A stretch of DNA of 39,094 nucleotides from a virus (IMGVR_UViG_3300048574_000242:1-39094), one strand, 5' to 3'; shown: positions 24,702 to 35,121, counted from the stretch's first letter. Notes: generated from the letters alone by a model not told the origin. Numbers and translations are program-made.

Positions 24702-24871
24702 AAAATATCGTGATGTATCTGGACGATATACTGCTGCTGGCCGGGTGTGGGTGTGTGCTCTACGGCCTGTCTTTATGGTCTGTCGTCATTACCTGGATCG
24801 CAGCCGGCGCGATGTTGATCGGCGCGGCTGTTTTGGTCGGAAAGGTCAAGGGAAAGAATGCTGCTAAGTAA
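24698..24871 (+). CDS. 57-aa membrane protein preceding portal (not in the ORF track)
   Basis: MKNIVMYLDDILLLAGCGCVLYGLSLWSVVITWIAAGAMLIGAAVLVGK...; typical position. Confidence 0.7.
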   Translation: MKNIVMYLDDILLLAGCGCVLYGLSLWSVVITWIAAGAMLIGAAVLVGKVKGKNAAK

Positions 24872-26078
24872 TCTTTTGAGCTCGAATCCACAGGTAAAAG
24901 AGGCTCCGAACAGCCCGACGCCAAATTACGAACCATCTTATGGCTATCGAACGGAAACCGGAGAACAGATTTCCGTTTTTAAAGCACAGTCTATTGCCAC
25001 GGCCTACCGGGCTAAAAATATCATCAGCGATGATGTTGCAAAAATGCCCTTACAGATGATCCAGCGGGATGGCGATCAGATCGAACAGGTGAGGCCGGAT
25101 CCGATCACCCGCAATATGGCCTACCTCCTGCAGGTAAGTCCCAACTCCTGGGGTTGGACTCCGTTTCAGCTTAAAAAAGCCACCATCGAATGGCTGCTGT
25201 TTTATGGAAATGCTTATATCTGGAGCCCGGCGGTCGGTGAACGGCAACTATTGGTCCTTCCAGCCGACCATACTACACCGGTTTTCGACCTGGACGGGAA
25301 TGTTTGGTACCGGCACACTTTCAGCAACTTCACGACGGTTTTTATTCCTTCCGTAGAAATTTTGCACCTATTAATCAACCCGGACACGTCCGGGTTTGTC
25401 GGACGTGGCGTGATCACTTACGCTAGGGAGACGTTTGGACGTCAGGTTGCAGCGCACAAAGCGCAATCGAAATTTTATTCGCAGGGTTTCATGCCGGCCG
25501 CCTACGTGCAATTTGGCAACAACGAATTGACCGCCGAGGCAAGAAAAAAAGTCCGGGAAGCCTATGAAGAATCGATGGGCGGCGCAGAGAATATTTACAG
25601 ACTGGCAGTTTTCGACAAGCGCATCACGAAATTTGAAGCCATCAATATGCAGCTAAAAGACGCTCAGTTTCTAGAAAGCATCGATGCAACTGACCGCGAT
25701 GTCTGCAATTATTTCGGGCTTCCGGAACATATGCTCAACCGCGGCAAGGAATCCTACAACTCGAACGAGCAAAAATACATCGAGTATTTACAGGGAACGC
25801 TGGATGCGCACCTGGTCCCGTGGGAAGAAGCGGCCAGGATCCGCTGGTTATCTCAGACGGAGCAAATCAATACCTATTTTAAATTTATCCGTGAATCACT
25901 CTTACGGATGGATAGCAAAGCCCGTGCGGACACAAACGAGGTTTTGATCCGGAGCGGTCAGCGTTCCCCGAATGAAGCCCGCGAAAAAGACGATATGAGC
26001 GCATATCCTGGCGGAGACAAAAAATATATGGCAAGTAATATCGCCCCTATTGGAGAAACAAATGGACAAACCAACTAA
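24858..26078 (+). CDS. Portal protein (HK97 family)
   Basis: IISDDVAKMPL, LLFYGNAY, KDAQFLE, YNSNEQ, SPNEAR. Confidence 0.95.
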   Translation: MLLSNLLSSNPQVKEAPNSPTPNYEPSYGYRTETGEQISVFKAQSIATAYRAKNIISDDVAKMPLQMIQRDGDQIEQVRPDPITRNMAYLLQVSPNSWGWTPFQLKKATIEWLLFYGNAYIWSPAVGERQLLVLPADHTTPVFDLDGNVWYRHTFSNFTTVFIPSVEILHLLINPDTSGFVGRGVITYARETFGRQVAAHKAQSKFYSQGFMPAAYVQFGNNELTAEARKKVREAYEESMGGAENIYRLAVFDKRITKFEAINMQLKDAQFLESIDATDRDVCNYFGLPEHMLNRGKESYNSNEQKYIEYLQGTLDAHLVPWEEAARIRWLSQTEQINTYFKFIRESLLRMDSKARADTNEVLIRSGQRSPNEAREKDDMSAYPGGDKKYMASNIAPIGETNGQTN

Positions 26079-26799
26079 AGATGTTCTATTACCAGTCCTG
26101 GTCTCGTTGCCGATTTCAAACCGGCTTAACCTTCCACCGAGAGAAGAGCTGCTATCAAAAATTGAAAGCGGTGAAATCGACCATCTTGATTTTGAGGCAC
26201 AGGTTTTCGGTCAGGCGGCGCAAAATCGTAATCCCTATCGTTTTCGTGATGAGGACATGTATGAATTCGCGCGATCCTTCGAAGGACAGCCCTACTTACG
26301 TGACCACGACACGTATTCAATTGATTCACGAGATGGAACCATCATTTCCTCGTCGTATAAAGACAGCTGGGTCTATCAGGATATCCGGCTAACAACACGA
26401 AGGGGCATGATCGATTACGTTGAAGGGAAAATCGACCGCTTCAGCATTGGCTGGTTTTACGATGACGCCACCTGCTCTATCTGCGGAAACTCGTTTTTTA
26501 GCCGCGATTGTTCTCATTGGCCAGGGCTTAAATATCGCGTCGATAACGAGGAAGTGACCTGCCTGCTTATTTTCGTCAACCCGAAGGGTAAAGAAACTTC
26601 TGCGGTTAATGTACCTGCGGTTCAAGGAACTGGAATCGTAGGCGCCCTGGCGGAGTGCAAGTTGTCAATGTTTGAAGGGCAACTTTTTGAGGTTGTTCCG
26701 GATGCGAAGGGGGCCAGCGCTCCTATGCTTTCCGATAACCAGCAACGAGAGGCGCAGGAGCTGCGCGAACGAATCAATTCTATTCTTCGAAAGGATTAA
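26062..26799 (+). CDS. Prohead maturation protease with Zn-binding insert
   Basis: LRDHD (His), FSIGW (Ser), CSICG...CSH, ETSAVNVPA. Confidence 0.82.
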   Translation: MDKPTKDVLLPVLVSLPISNRLNLPPREELLSKIESGEIDHLDFEAQVFGQAAQNRNPYRFRDEDMYEFARSFEGQPYLRDHDTYSIDSRDGTIISSSYKDSWVYQDIRLTTRRGMIDYVEGKIDRFSIGWFYDDATCSICGNSFFSRDCSHWPGLKYRVDNEEVTCLLIFVNPKGKETSAVNVPAVQGTGIVGALAECKLSMFEGQLFEVVPDAKGASAPMLSDNQQREAQELRERINSILRKD

Positions 26800-26803
26800 A
26801 CCA

Positions 26804-27169
26804 ATGCTTGACCTTAAGCCCTATTACGACGCTGTTGTAGCAGCCGAAGCGGAAGTTCAGCGCGTGGCGAATGAGATCGACGCGCATTTCCGCGAGGGAA
26901 GTGATGAAGGCAAGGCAAAAGCGCTTGAGCTGCGCCCCGCGCTGGACGACGCCCAGAACAAGCTGAAGGATGCCGAAACCTTTTATCAGGCGATGCAAAA
27001 CAGCACTCGCCCAAATGATGTAATCAAAAATTTCGTACCTATCTCGAGCACTGAAAATGAAACATCCATCGGAAACCAACCGGCAGTGATCAAACGGTCG
27101 GAATTCAATAAATTGTCCCTGGTTGACCAGGCCAATTTCGTCCGGTCCGGCGGAAAAATCGAGGACTAA
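26804..27169 (+). CDS. Capsid scaffolding protein
   Basis: Coiled coil plus C-terminal KRSEFNKLSLVDQANFVRSGGKIED helix-turn-helix; directly before the coat gene. Confidence 0.7.
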   Translation: MLDLKPYYDAVVAAEAEVQRVANEIDAHFREGSDEGKAKALELRPALDDAQNKLKDAETFYQAMQNSTRPNDVIKNFVPISSTENETSIGNQPAVIKRSEFNKLSLVDQANFVRSGGKIED

Positions 27170-27183
27170 AGGAGCCCTAAAAA

Positions 27184-28347
27184 ATGACCGCAAACTCATT
27201 AACCAATCTGATTCCAACCATTTATGCCGCAAAAGATGTGATTTTGCGCGAATTAACCGGGTTTATCCCGGCAGTAACCTTTGACGCCTCCGGTGAGCAG
27301 GCCGCCAAAGATCAGACTATTACCTGGCCGGTAGCAAGCGTCGGCGACCCGGACGATATCACGGCAGCCGCGACTGGGCCTGATCCGGATGGAGTCTCTC
27401 AGGGTAGTGACTCTATGACCATCAGCAAATCCCGCTCGGTTACTTTCCATTGGACCGGTGAAGAGCAGAAATCGCTGAATGGGATGTATAACACGCTTCT
27501 GGTGGCCCAGTTCGCCGATGCGATGCGCAAGCTGGTCAACGAGGTCGAAACCGATTTAGGCGCTCTGTATAAATATGCCTCCCGCGCCTATGGCACAGCC
27601 GGGACGGCCCCGTTCGACTCGACCAACAAGCTTGCCTTCACTGCCCAGTTACACAAAATTTTGGCCGATAATGGCGCCCCTATGAGCGACCTGCAACTGG
27701 TAATCAATACCACGGCAGGCGCTGCATTGCGCACGCTGACTGAACTCAACAGCGCCAGCGATGCTGGCTCTACCGACCAGCTACGCCGCGGCGTCTTACT
27801 GGATGTACATGGCTTTTCTATTCGCGAAAGTGCGCAGGTGGCCAACCATACCAAAGGAACCGCAACCGGCTTGCTGGTTGACCTGACCGCTGGGTATGCC
27901 GCAGGAAAAACGGCGATTCACGCTGATACTGGCGTTGGCACTGTGCTGGTCGGCGACATCATCACCAATACGAAAACCGGCCGGGATACCAACAAATACG
28001 TGTCCAGCAAAGCGGTTACTGCTGGAACCGGCGTGGACGTTGACCTCGGTATCGCCGAACCGGGTATTCGGACAGCCTGGTCCAACAATGACCCACTGTC
28101 AATCGGAAACAGCTATGCCGCAAACATGGCATTCTCGCGTTCTGCAATTCATCTGATGATGCGGGTGCCGGCCATGCCGGAAGGCGGAGATTCGGCCGAT
28201 GACGTGATCGTTATCACCGACCCGCAAACCGGAATCTCCTTCCAGGTAGCTATGTACCGCCAGCGCCGCCGGATCGCCTACGAAGTTGGTTTGGCCTGGG
28301 GCGTGAAAGCTGTCAAGTCGGAAGCAATCGCTATTCTTCTGGGATAA
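27184..28347 (+). CDS. Major capsid protein (P22 coat-like)
   Basis: NSLTNLIPTIYAA.DV..RELTGFIPAV; ANMAFSRSAIHL..R.PA.P; AWGVKAVKSE. Confidence 0.88.
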   Translation: MTANSLTNLIPTIYAAKDVILRELTGFIPAVTFDASGEQAAKDQTITWPVASVGDPDDITAAATGPDPDGVSQGSDSMTISKSRSVTFHWTGEEQKSLNGMYNTLLVAQFADAMRKLVNEVETDLGALYKYASRAYGTAGTAPFDSTNKLAFTAQLHKILADNGAPMSDLQLVINTTAGAALRTLTELNSASDAGSTDQLRRGVLLDVHGFSIRESAQVANHTKGTATGLLVDLTAGYAAGKTAIHADTGVGTVLVGDIITNTKTGRDTNKYVSSKAVTAGTGVDVDLGIAEPGIRTAWSNNDPLSIGNSYAANMAFSRSAIHLMMRVPAMPEGGDSADDVIVITDPQTGISFQVAMYRQRRRIAYEVGLAWGVKAVKSEAIAILLG

Positions 28348-28372
28348 CAGTTTTCAGCCGGATGATGAGTTC

Positions 28373-28402
28373 AATCTCTCCCCGGAATTCCGGGGAGAGA
28401 TT
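28373..28402. terminator. Perfect 30-bp palindrome after the capsid gene (terminator/stabiliser)
   Basis: AATCTCTCCCCGGAATTCCGGGGAGAGATT; weak U-tail. Confidence 0.6.
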
Positions 28403-28416
28403 ATAGGAAAAAGATC

Positions 28417-29409
28417 ATGGATGCTCAAATCTACTGCACTGTTCAAGATCTACTATCCGCTCTGGGAAAATCAACAGGTGAAAGCCGCATGGTTTTTCAG
28501 CGTATTAAAGACGCTTCGCGCTTTATAGCGGGTAAATTTGGGCGTTTTCTGCCTTTTTACGAGACTTATACACTGCATGGTGTTTCCACGGAAACATTAA
28601 TGCTAAAAATTCCAGTGTTGGAATTGTTGGAAGTGCGGATAGATGGTGTAGCTGTTACCGATTACACCGCTCATCCTGAAGAACGCTGCTGGCCAAATGG
28701 ACCTTATACCTGGTTGGAGCGCGAATCTGGCTGGGGAAAAACCGTTGAAATTGATGGCGTATGGGGTATGTACAATGAGCTTGAGCCTCTTGGGGTTACA
28801 ATCACCAGCCAAAATTTAACGGATATTACGCTCACTTTACCTTACGGGAATATTCTCTCTCCAGGAACGGTTATTCGCATTGACGATGAACAAGAATTGG
28901 TCGTGTCTGGAAATGGAGGCCCCAACAGCCCGGCCGCAAGCCTGGCGACCTCCCTGCTCAGCGCTGCTTTAACGGCTGACGCTGTAGAAGTTTCAGTTGA
29001 CTCCGGAGCAGAATTCTTTGAGGAAGAAGTCATTCAAATCGGCGTGGAAGATATGCTGATTAAACGAATCGGCGGGAACGTTCTGCTTGTTGAACGATCA
29101 TACAACTCTACTTCCAGGGCGGAACATGCAGATAACTCCCCAATCCGCGTTTTTCGGACGTATCGAGTCGCTCGCGGGGTTAATGGCACCTCGGCATCTG
29201 CACATACCAGTGCAACGCTGCAACGATACAACCTACCCGACGATGTTAACTACCTTGCGCTTCAGATCGCTTCACTTATGCAAAGCAAAGCCGAGACCGG
29301 CTTTACGGGCAGAGCGGGAAGCACAGAGAACGGCGACACATTCTATATCAATGAATTTCCGCGGCAAATTGCCGATATTCAAGCAAATTATTCAATCCCT
29401 TACCTATAA
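28417..29409 (+). CDS. Head-tail adaptor with inserted beta-domains
   Basis: IYCTVQDL...ASRFIAG...LPDDVNYLALQIA core; inserted EDMLI...VERSYNST..A.H repeats. Confidence 0.65.
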   Translation: MDAQIYCTVQDLLSALGKSTGESRMVFQRIKDASRFIAGKFGRFLPFYETYTLHGVSTETLMLKIPVLELLEVRIDGVAVTDYTAHPEERCWPNGPYTWLERESGWGKTVEIDGVWGMYNELEPLGVTITSQNLTDITLTLPYGNILSPGTVIRIDDEQELVVSGNGGPNSPAASLATSLLSAALTADAVEVSVDSGAEFFEEEVIQIGVEDMLIKRIGGNVLLVERSYNSTSRAEHADNSPIRVFRTYRVARGVNGTSASAHTSATLQRYNLPDDVNYLALQIASLMQSKAETGFTGRAGSTENGDTFYINEFPRQIADIQANYSIPYL

Positions 29410-29412
29410 GCC

Positions 29413-29928
29413 ATGATCGAGTTCGAAATAAAAATCCCTGACGAACTATTGAATATGAATTTATCGGCTGCCTATATCGAGGCCAGAAAACGCCGATTGA
29501 TTCCGGCTATGAATCGTTCAGTAGAAATCACTCAGGCAAACGTAAAAGGGTTGGTACCAGAATTCAGCGGCGCGGCGCGCGCATCACTGATGCACACGGC
29601 CACACAAAGCCCGGCCAGAACTGTAGGCAAGGTAACTACCACAATGCGCAGGCCAAATATTTACATATTTGTGTTGAACGCCGGCGTCGCGCCAGGTAAG
29701 AAACAGCCACCGGTTGATAGCCTGGTTTCGTGGGTCATGAAAAAAGGTCTTGCCTCAGATCGAGCTAAAGCCAGCAAGGTCGCCTATGTCATTGCGCGGT
29801 CGATCAAGCGGAAAGGTTTACAGGGACGATCTTTTATGTGGACTGGATTGAGCAAATCCGAAGGAAAAATTGAGGATTTACATCGCCAGGCTGTATTGGA
29901 TATCACAAAGGATCTCAGCCATGCTTGA
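29413..29928 (+). CDS. Neck/tail-completion protein (HK97 gp10-like)
   Basis: VPEFSGAARASL...PPVDSLVSWV...VAYVIARSIKRKG; position. Confidence 0.65.
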   Translation: MIEFEIKIPDELLNMNLSAAYIEARKRRLIPAMNRSVEITQANVKGLVPEFSGAARASLMHTATQSPARTVGKVTTTMRRPNIYIFVLNAGVAPGKKQPPVDSLVSWVMKKGLASDRAKASKVAYVIARSIKRKGLQGRSFMWTGLSKSEGKIEDLHRQAVLDITKDLSHA

Positions 29929-30364
29929 AAACTGGATTGATGAAATCACAAAGCTTTTTGGAAAGCTTTCGAACGGCTCCGGAGGAAATGTTCGGTCCTA
30001 CAAAGTGTTTGAGTTGGCCGAATTACCAGAAGCAATAACAGTATTTCCATGTGCGATTTCTTATGTTGAAGACGTCGTAATGACCATGCCTGATTCAGGC
30101 CCCAATGTGGACATGTGGCGTGGAATCACTGAACTGCATATTGCTCCTGGAATGAAAAAGAGCGATTACCCAAAAATCCTGCCATATTTCAACCGGGTGC
30201 GTGGAATATTTGCGCTTGATCGAACCCTGGGCGGGAAAGTTCAATACTGCAAACTGACTGTTGAAGGACCCTCGATTGAGGGACCGATTATTTTTTCTCC
30301 GGATACGGAGATTACGAACCAGGGACTGATTGTCCACTGGGTTGTGCGAGAACGGTTGAGTTAA
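29921..30364 (+). CDS. Tail terminator-like protein
   Basis: FPCAI...DRTLGGKV; position before the tail tube. Confidence 0.6.
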   Translation: MLENWIDEITKLFGKLSNGSGGNVRSYKVFELAELPEAITVFPCAISYVEDVVMTMPDSGPNVDMWRGITELHIAPGMKKSDYPKILPYFNRVRGIFALDRTLGGKVQYCKLTVEGPSIEGPIIFSPDTEITNQGLIVHWVVRERLS

Positions 30365-30372
30365 GGAGAATC

Positions 30373-31632
30373 ATGGACGGTATTAAGGATTTCCGCAAAT
30401 TCCAGATTGGCCGCGAGCGAAAAAACGGCGGAGCTGCTGGAACGCCGGTGGCTGCGACCGCTATCATGCGCGGTATTTGGATGGGCGCAGACGATACGCC
30501 TATCACCTACCCAGAGGAATATATCGGGCGAATCGGCGAAATCAACCGGAGTTACATGCCCTATGTATTGGGCAGCGCCAAACAAGGACCCGACCCGGTT
30601 ACATTTGAACAGCTGCCTTATATTTTATCGGCTGCGATTCGCGGCATTGACGTCGGCCAGGCAGACGGCGCCGGCTCTGGAAAAATCTATCATTACTCCT
30701 GGCCGCAGACGCCCGAATCGATTAGCTTGACAGCAACGACGTTGAGTTTTACGGCTTCGACGAAAACCATCGCAGACAGCGGCAATAATTTTGGTTTTTT
30801 GCAAGCAGGCGATCTTATTCAGGTATCCGGCGCCGGCGAGGGCGACAATAACGATGTCTTTCGTGTTGTGACAGCCTCGGCATCATCAATCACGGTGTCT
30901 GAAGCCGTGGCAGACGAATCGGCCGGCGAAAAAATCAAAATCGAAGTGCTTGAGCAGGTATATACCTTCGAAGGCGGTAATAACAAACGGATCGAACGGG
31001 CAACGTATTGTTTTCCAACTTCGTTTGAGCTATCTGGAAAGGGCGGCGCCAATGCCGATGCATTGATGCTGTCATCCGCGTGGACCGTGAAGCAATGGAT
31101 TGAAAAAACGGCTGGCTTTACCAGCGGAATTGCTCTTCCCGCACTTTCTGAGGCGTTATTCACCGGGTGCAGGCTCTATATTGATGACATCGGCGGCACT
31201 ATGGGCGCAACCGAAGCGCTGAATACGCTTTCGTCCTTCGACTACAAAGCCAATACTGGAATTGCGCACCAGTTCGCCGGAAACGGAAGCCTCGGGTTCG
31301 CAAAGGCGCAGCGCAAAAGCAAAGTCCAATTGAGCTGCGCGCTCAGTTTATACCAAAACGATATCGGCCAGGCGGAATACGATCACTGGCGGGCTAACGA
31401 TCCGCGTCTGATTCGCATCCAGGTTGACGGTCCGGCATTAGCCACAGCCGGTTCGGCATACAGCAAGAAAACCATTCTGATCGATATGCCAGGTACCTGG
31501 TCGAAATTTCCTCAAAATGAGGACATTGAAGGCGCCGAGGTATTACCAGGCCAATTCCGGCCTGCCTATGATGTAACCGCCGGTATTGGGCCTTCTATTA
31601 CCGTTGTGAATGAGCTGACTGCTTTACCATAG
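30373..31632 (+). CDS. Major tail (tube) protein with inserted beta-domain
   Basis: QIGRE...GTPVAAT N-terminus; GFLQAGDLIQVSGA...NN.VF insert; followed by chaperones and tape measure. Confidence 0.75.
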   Translation: MDGIKDFRKFQIGRERKNGGAAGTPVAATAIMRGIWMGADDTPITYPEEYIGRIGEINRSYMPYVLGSAKQGPDPVTFEQLPYILSAAIRGIDVGQADGAGSGKIYHYSWPQTPESISLTATTLSFTASTKTIADSGNNFGFLQAGDLIQVSGAGEGDNNDVFRVVTASASSITVSEAVADESAGEKIKIEVLEQVYTFEGGNNKRIERATYCFPTSFELSGKGGANADALMLSSAWTVKQWIEKTAGFTSGIALPALSEALFTGCRLYIDDIGGTMGATEALNTLSSFDYKANTGIAHQFAGNGSLGFAKAQRKSKVQLSCALSLYQNDIGQAEYDHWRANDPRLIRIQVDGPALATAGSAYSKKTILIDMPGTWSKFPQNEDIEGAEVLPGQFRPAYDVTAGIGPSITVVNELTALP

Positions 31633-31639
31633 GTAGCAT

Positions 31640-31930
31640 ATGGAATACACCATCGAACACAAAAAATTAGGCGTAAAAGCCACGATAAAAAGCTTGAAAC
31701 AGCGTGATTTGGCGGCATTTGGAGCGGCGGCAGCGAAATATTCTTACGCATCAATGAGTCAGGCGCGCGGCGCAAATGTTAAGGCTGCTATCGAAGCAAA
31801 ATGGTTTTTGATCCTGGAGCCTGACTTATTGGTTGATGATGTGGATGATTGCGAACCGTCGTTGATCCGCTTCATTGGCGACTGGATTGGTTTAATCTAC
31901 AAAGAAGTAACTACGATCCCCCCAAACTGA
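31640..31930 (+). CDS. Tail assembly chaperone (gpG-like)
   Basis: Position; ends in the slippery site C-CCA-AAC (31921-31927). Confidence 0.75.
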   Translation: MEYTIEHKKLGVKATIKSLKQRDLAAFGAAAAKYSYASMSQARGANVKAAIEAKWFLILEPDLLVDDVDDCEPSLIRFIGDWIGLIYKEVTTIPPN

Positions 31931-32217
31931 TTCTGGCGGCGGCAAAGTGCGGTGAGGATCCACTATCACCGCCGCCAACCGAGCTTGTACTTGCCTGGCA
32001 GGCATTGAGTTATAAGTCTCTCCCGGAATCTGGTGGTTTACTCGATCAACCCGCTGGGTTAATCTCACGAATGACCTCGATCTACAATGCCTGGATGGCG
32101 TTCAAGTCATTCCGAGAACGCGACCCCAGTAAAACCAGCCAATGGATCGAAGCGAATCCTGATCTCAATGATATCCGGATCAGAATCAATAGGATAAAAG
32201 ATCATGCCGGCATTTGA
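31921..32217 (+). CDS. -1 frameshift extension (gpGT-like)
   Basis: The -1 frame is open from the slippery site to 32217; LPESGGLLDQPA motif. Confidence 0.75.
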   Translation, partial: PKLILAAAKCGEDPLSPPPTELVLAWQALSYKSLPESGGLLDQPAGLISRMTSIYNAWMAFKSFRERDPSKTSQWIEANPDLNDIRIRINRIKDHAGI

Positions 32218-33598
32218 AATATCGATCACCACTAAAGACGATCCGCGCGGCGTACAAAGCGCAACAGAAGAAACAAAACGGCTTACCGATGCTATGGGTA
32301 AGCTACTCGAGCGCTCACAAAAAAAAGAAGAATATAACGCTGCCAAAGAAGAGATCGCGAAAATGAGCGCTGAAGAACGCGAAGCAGCCTTAGCTGCCTA
32401 TCGTCTGGCATCCGCGCAAGAACAGACCACAAAATTGATATCGGAAAGTGGTGGAGCAGCGTCGCGCGCAGGCACTTTGGTGTCTGGATTGAAAAGCTCA
32501 TGGATCGAGTTGTATGGAGCGATCGGCGTCGCTCAAGAAGTATGGCAGGCTGCTCAAACTGTCTGGGCTGAGACTGCCGGCCAATTCATGGAATTGGCCG
32601 ATTCGATTCGCGAACTGCAGGAAGCAATTGGAGCCACGAGCGAAGAGGCATCCACGTTGATAGCGATCGCCGATGATTTACAGATTTCCGCAGACGATAT
32701 TCAGCGCGCATTCGAAGCCGCCATCAAAAAAGGTTTTGATCCATCCATTGAAGGATTAATCCAACTTCAGCAGCAATTTCAAGCAATCCAGGACCCGGTT
32801 CAACAGACAAAATTTCTGATGGATACATTTGGCCGGACCGGAGCTGATTTGCGCAGGTTGATGGAGCTTGACGCAGACGCAATGGCAGAGATGGCTGAAT
32901 CAGCTAAAGCGACGGGTCAGGTCTTCTCTCAAGAGCAAATGCAAATTGCGCAGGATTGGCGGGAAGCATCCGATAATATTGGCGATTCGTGGGGAAGAAT
33001 CAAATTATGGGCAGGCAATACTATGCTGCCCATAATAAGCGATTTAACCAACGCTACTGCTGATTACAATAATCAGCTTATGGATGGTCAAAATCTTCTC
33101 CTTCATTTGCCCGTGATTGGCGGAGCCTATACCGCTTATCTGGCAGCACAGGAAGGCGCCGCGCGCAAAGCGAAAGATGCGAACGATGACTATAACGCAT
33201 CTCTCGACGAAACAGCCAATGCCATTGAACGAGTTACCAATCGTGGTTCCTATCTGAATAAGAATGGATACAGTCCGAACACGGTCAACCCTGGCGATGA
33301 AGGTTACGACCCATCGCATGGCTATGCGGTCAACCCGCCCGGACGGGCCAGCGGCGGGCCGGTGGAAGCTGGAAAGGTGTATCAGGTAAACGAAAACAAA
33401 CCGTGGAGCGGTCCCGAGTATTTTGTAGCACCAGCGGATGGAATCATCTATCCGAATGCAGGATCGTTGGGCGGTGGTGGCGGAAGCCAGATCATTAATG
33501 TTTATCTGACGTGGAGTCCCATGATCGGCGTCGCGGATGAGCTTGACGCGCAGCAAAAACTGGTCCCATTGATCAAGGATGCACTGAGGTCTATCTGA
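32204..33598 (+). CDS. Tape measure protein (short, 464 aa)
   Basis: Ala/Gln-rich helical sequence; C-terminal RASGGPV...YQVNE...GPEYFVAPADG.I.PN. Confidence 0.85.
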   Translation: MPAFEISITTKDDPRGVQSATEETKRLTDAMGKLLERSQKKEEYNAAKEEIAKMSAEEREAALAAYRLASAQEQTTKLISESGGAASRAGTLVSGLKSSWIELYGAIGVAQEVWQAAQTVWAETAGQFMELADSIRELQEAIGATSEEASTLIAIADDLQISADDIQRAFEAAIKKGFDPSIEGLIQLQQQFQAIQDPVQQTKFLMDTFGRTGADLRRLMELDADAMAEMAESAKATGQVFSQEQMQIAQDWREASDNIGDSWGRIKLWAGNTMLPIISDLTNATADYNNQLMDGQNLLLHLPVIGGAYTAYLAAQEGAARKAKDANDDYNASLDETANAIERVTNRGSYLNKNGYSPNTVNPGDEGYDPSHGYAVNPPGRASGGPVEAGKVYQVNENKPWSGPEYFVAPADGIIYPNAGSLGGGGGSQIINVYLTWSPMIGVADELDAQQKLVPLIKDALRSI

Positions 33599-35112
33599 TG
33601 CGTTACGGATCTTTCCAGTACGGGAATGGAACGAAATATGGGCTTGGCGTTTATGACACGCAACTCTGGGGCCTGTTGGTGGATTGGAACGGCGATGGGC
33701 TCTATGAGTACGCCAACGAAGCAGCTGCATTAACGGACGTGCAAATTCGCCGAGGGCGAAAGTACCTGCTGAATGCGTCCGGAACAGATTTCGAGCCGGT
33801 AGATACCGGAATCCTGACGGTTGAATTGGATAATTCTGACGGAAGGTTCAATCCGAACAATGAGGATTCTCCATTATGGCCATATGTGCGCCCAGGCATA
33901 AAGATACAACTGATTACGCGATCTCCTGGAAGTTCTGATATTACAGCCGTTTTTACGGGGCGGATTGATAACATCTTGCCGATATCCGGGACTTATGAGC
34001 GGGTTAAGTTCGTGGCAAAAGATGGCACCGGTGAGCTGGATCAAGATATTGATTTGACGCTGCAAACAAGTATCCCAGTAGACGACTTTATCTCAGCTGT
34101 TTTAGACGCGTCGGCTTGGCCATGGGATCGCGATCTTGAAACTTCAACCGATACGATTGCCTATGCCTGGGCTCCTAGCGATAAAACCGCGATCGATATC
34201 GCGCGCGAAGTAGCCAATGCCTATCTGGGGAATTTTTTCATTGGAGCGGATGGGAAAGCCAAATTCTACAACCGAAGTCACGATTTAGGATCGGCGCTAC
34301 TGCGCATCGAGCAGAACCATGTAACCGGAAATATCGTTCTGCAAACACCCTGGGAAGTGATCAAGAATGATATTTCGATTATCGCGCATCCGCGCAGCGT
34401 GCAATCCAACCAGGTCGTCTGGGCGCTGTCCGATGTGCCAACCGTCGCCCCCGGGGAAACTTACGATGTCTGGGGAACTTTTTCCGCCAACGGAGCAGAA
34501 GTCCCCATAAGCACCTATACTGTGCCGGCTGCTACAACGGATTACAAGGTGTACACCAATGCGGATGGGACAGGAACGAATCTGACTGCCTCCTGCGCGG
34601 TGACCGTGACTGTGTATGCTAATACAGTCCGATATCAATTAAAAAACAATCATGCCACACTAACCGGTTATATCACCCTGATGCAGCTGCGCGGAACCCC
34701 GCTGATATCCTCTGATGTCAAGGTATTGGTAACAGACAGCGCCAGCCAGGCGCTTTACGGAAAAAAACAACTGGTTGTTGACAGCGTTTACCTGCAAAAC
34801 ACAAATTTTATGCCGGACCTGGCTACTGCATTACAAACGATGCTGGCCGATCCGCAGAAATACCCAACCTTTCAGGTGACGGCGCGCCCTGACATTCAAT
34901 ATACACTCGACCTTTTCGATCTGGTCGACCTGGATATCCCGGCCAGCAAAATTAGCGGAACTTATCGGGTGGCCTATATTGAACATCGATGGGTGCATGC
35001 CAATGGGCAAACAACGCTGACGACCTACAGCTTTGAACCAGTTAACAATCCGCTGGGAACAGTTTGGACATTCCCGGCGCAAATCGGTATTGATACGATC
35101 TTCTCGTTTTAG
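33598..35112 (+). CDS. Tail tip/baseplate hub protein
   Basis: IRRGR...LDNSDGRFNP; G.FFIGADGKAKFYNR; position after TMP. Confidence 0.65.
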   Translation: MRYGSFQYGNGTKYGLGVYDTQLWGLLVDWNGDGLYEYANEAAALTDVQIRRGRKYLLNASGTDFEPVDTGILTVELDNSDGRFNPNNEDSPLWPYVRPGIKIQLITRSPGSSDITAVFTGRIDNILPISGTYERVKFVAKDGTGELDQDIDLTLQTSIPVDDFISAVLDASAWPWDRDLETSTDTIAYAWAPSDKTAIDIAREVANAYLGNFFIGADGKAKFYNRSHDLGSALLRIEQNHVTGNIVLQTPWEVIKNDISIIAHPRSVQSNQVVWALSDVPTVAPGETYDVWGTFSANGAEVPISTYTVPAATTDYKVYTNADGTGTNLTASCAVTVTVYANTVRYQLKNNHATLTGYITLMQLRGTPLISSDVKVLVTDSASQALYGKKQLVVDSVYLQNTNFMPDLATALQTMLADPQKYPTFQVTARPDIQYTLDLFDLVDLDIPASKISGTYRVAYIEHRWVHANGQTTLTTYSFEPVNNPLGTVWTFPAQIGIDTIFSF

Positions 35113-35121
35113 GAGGCTCTT

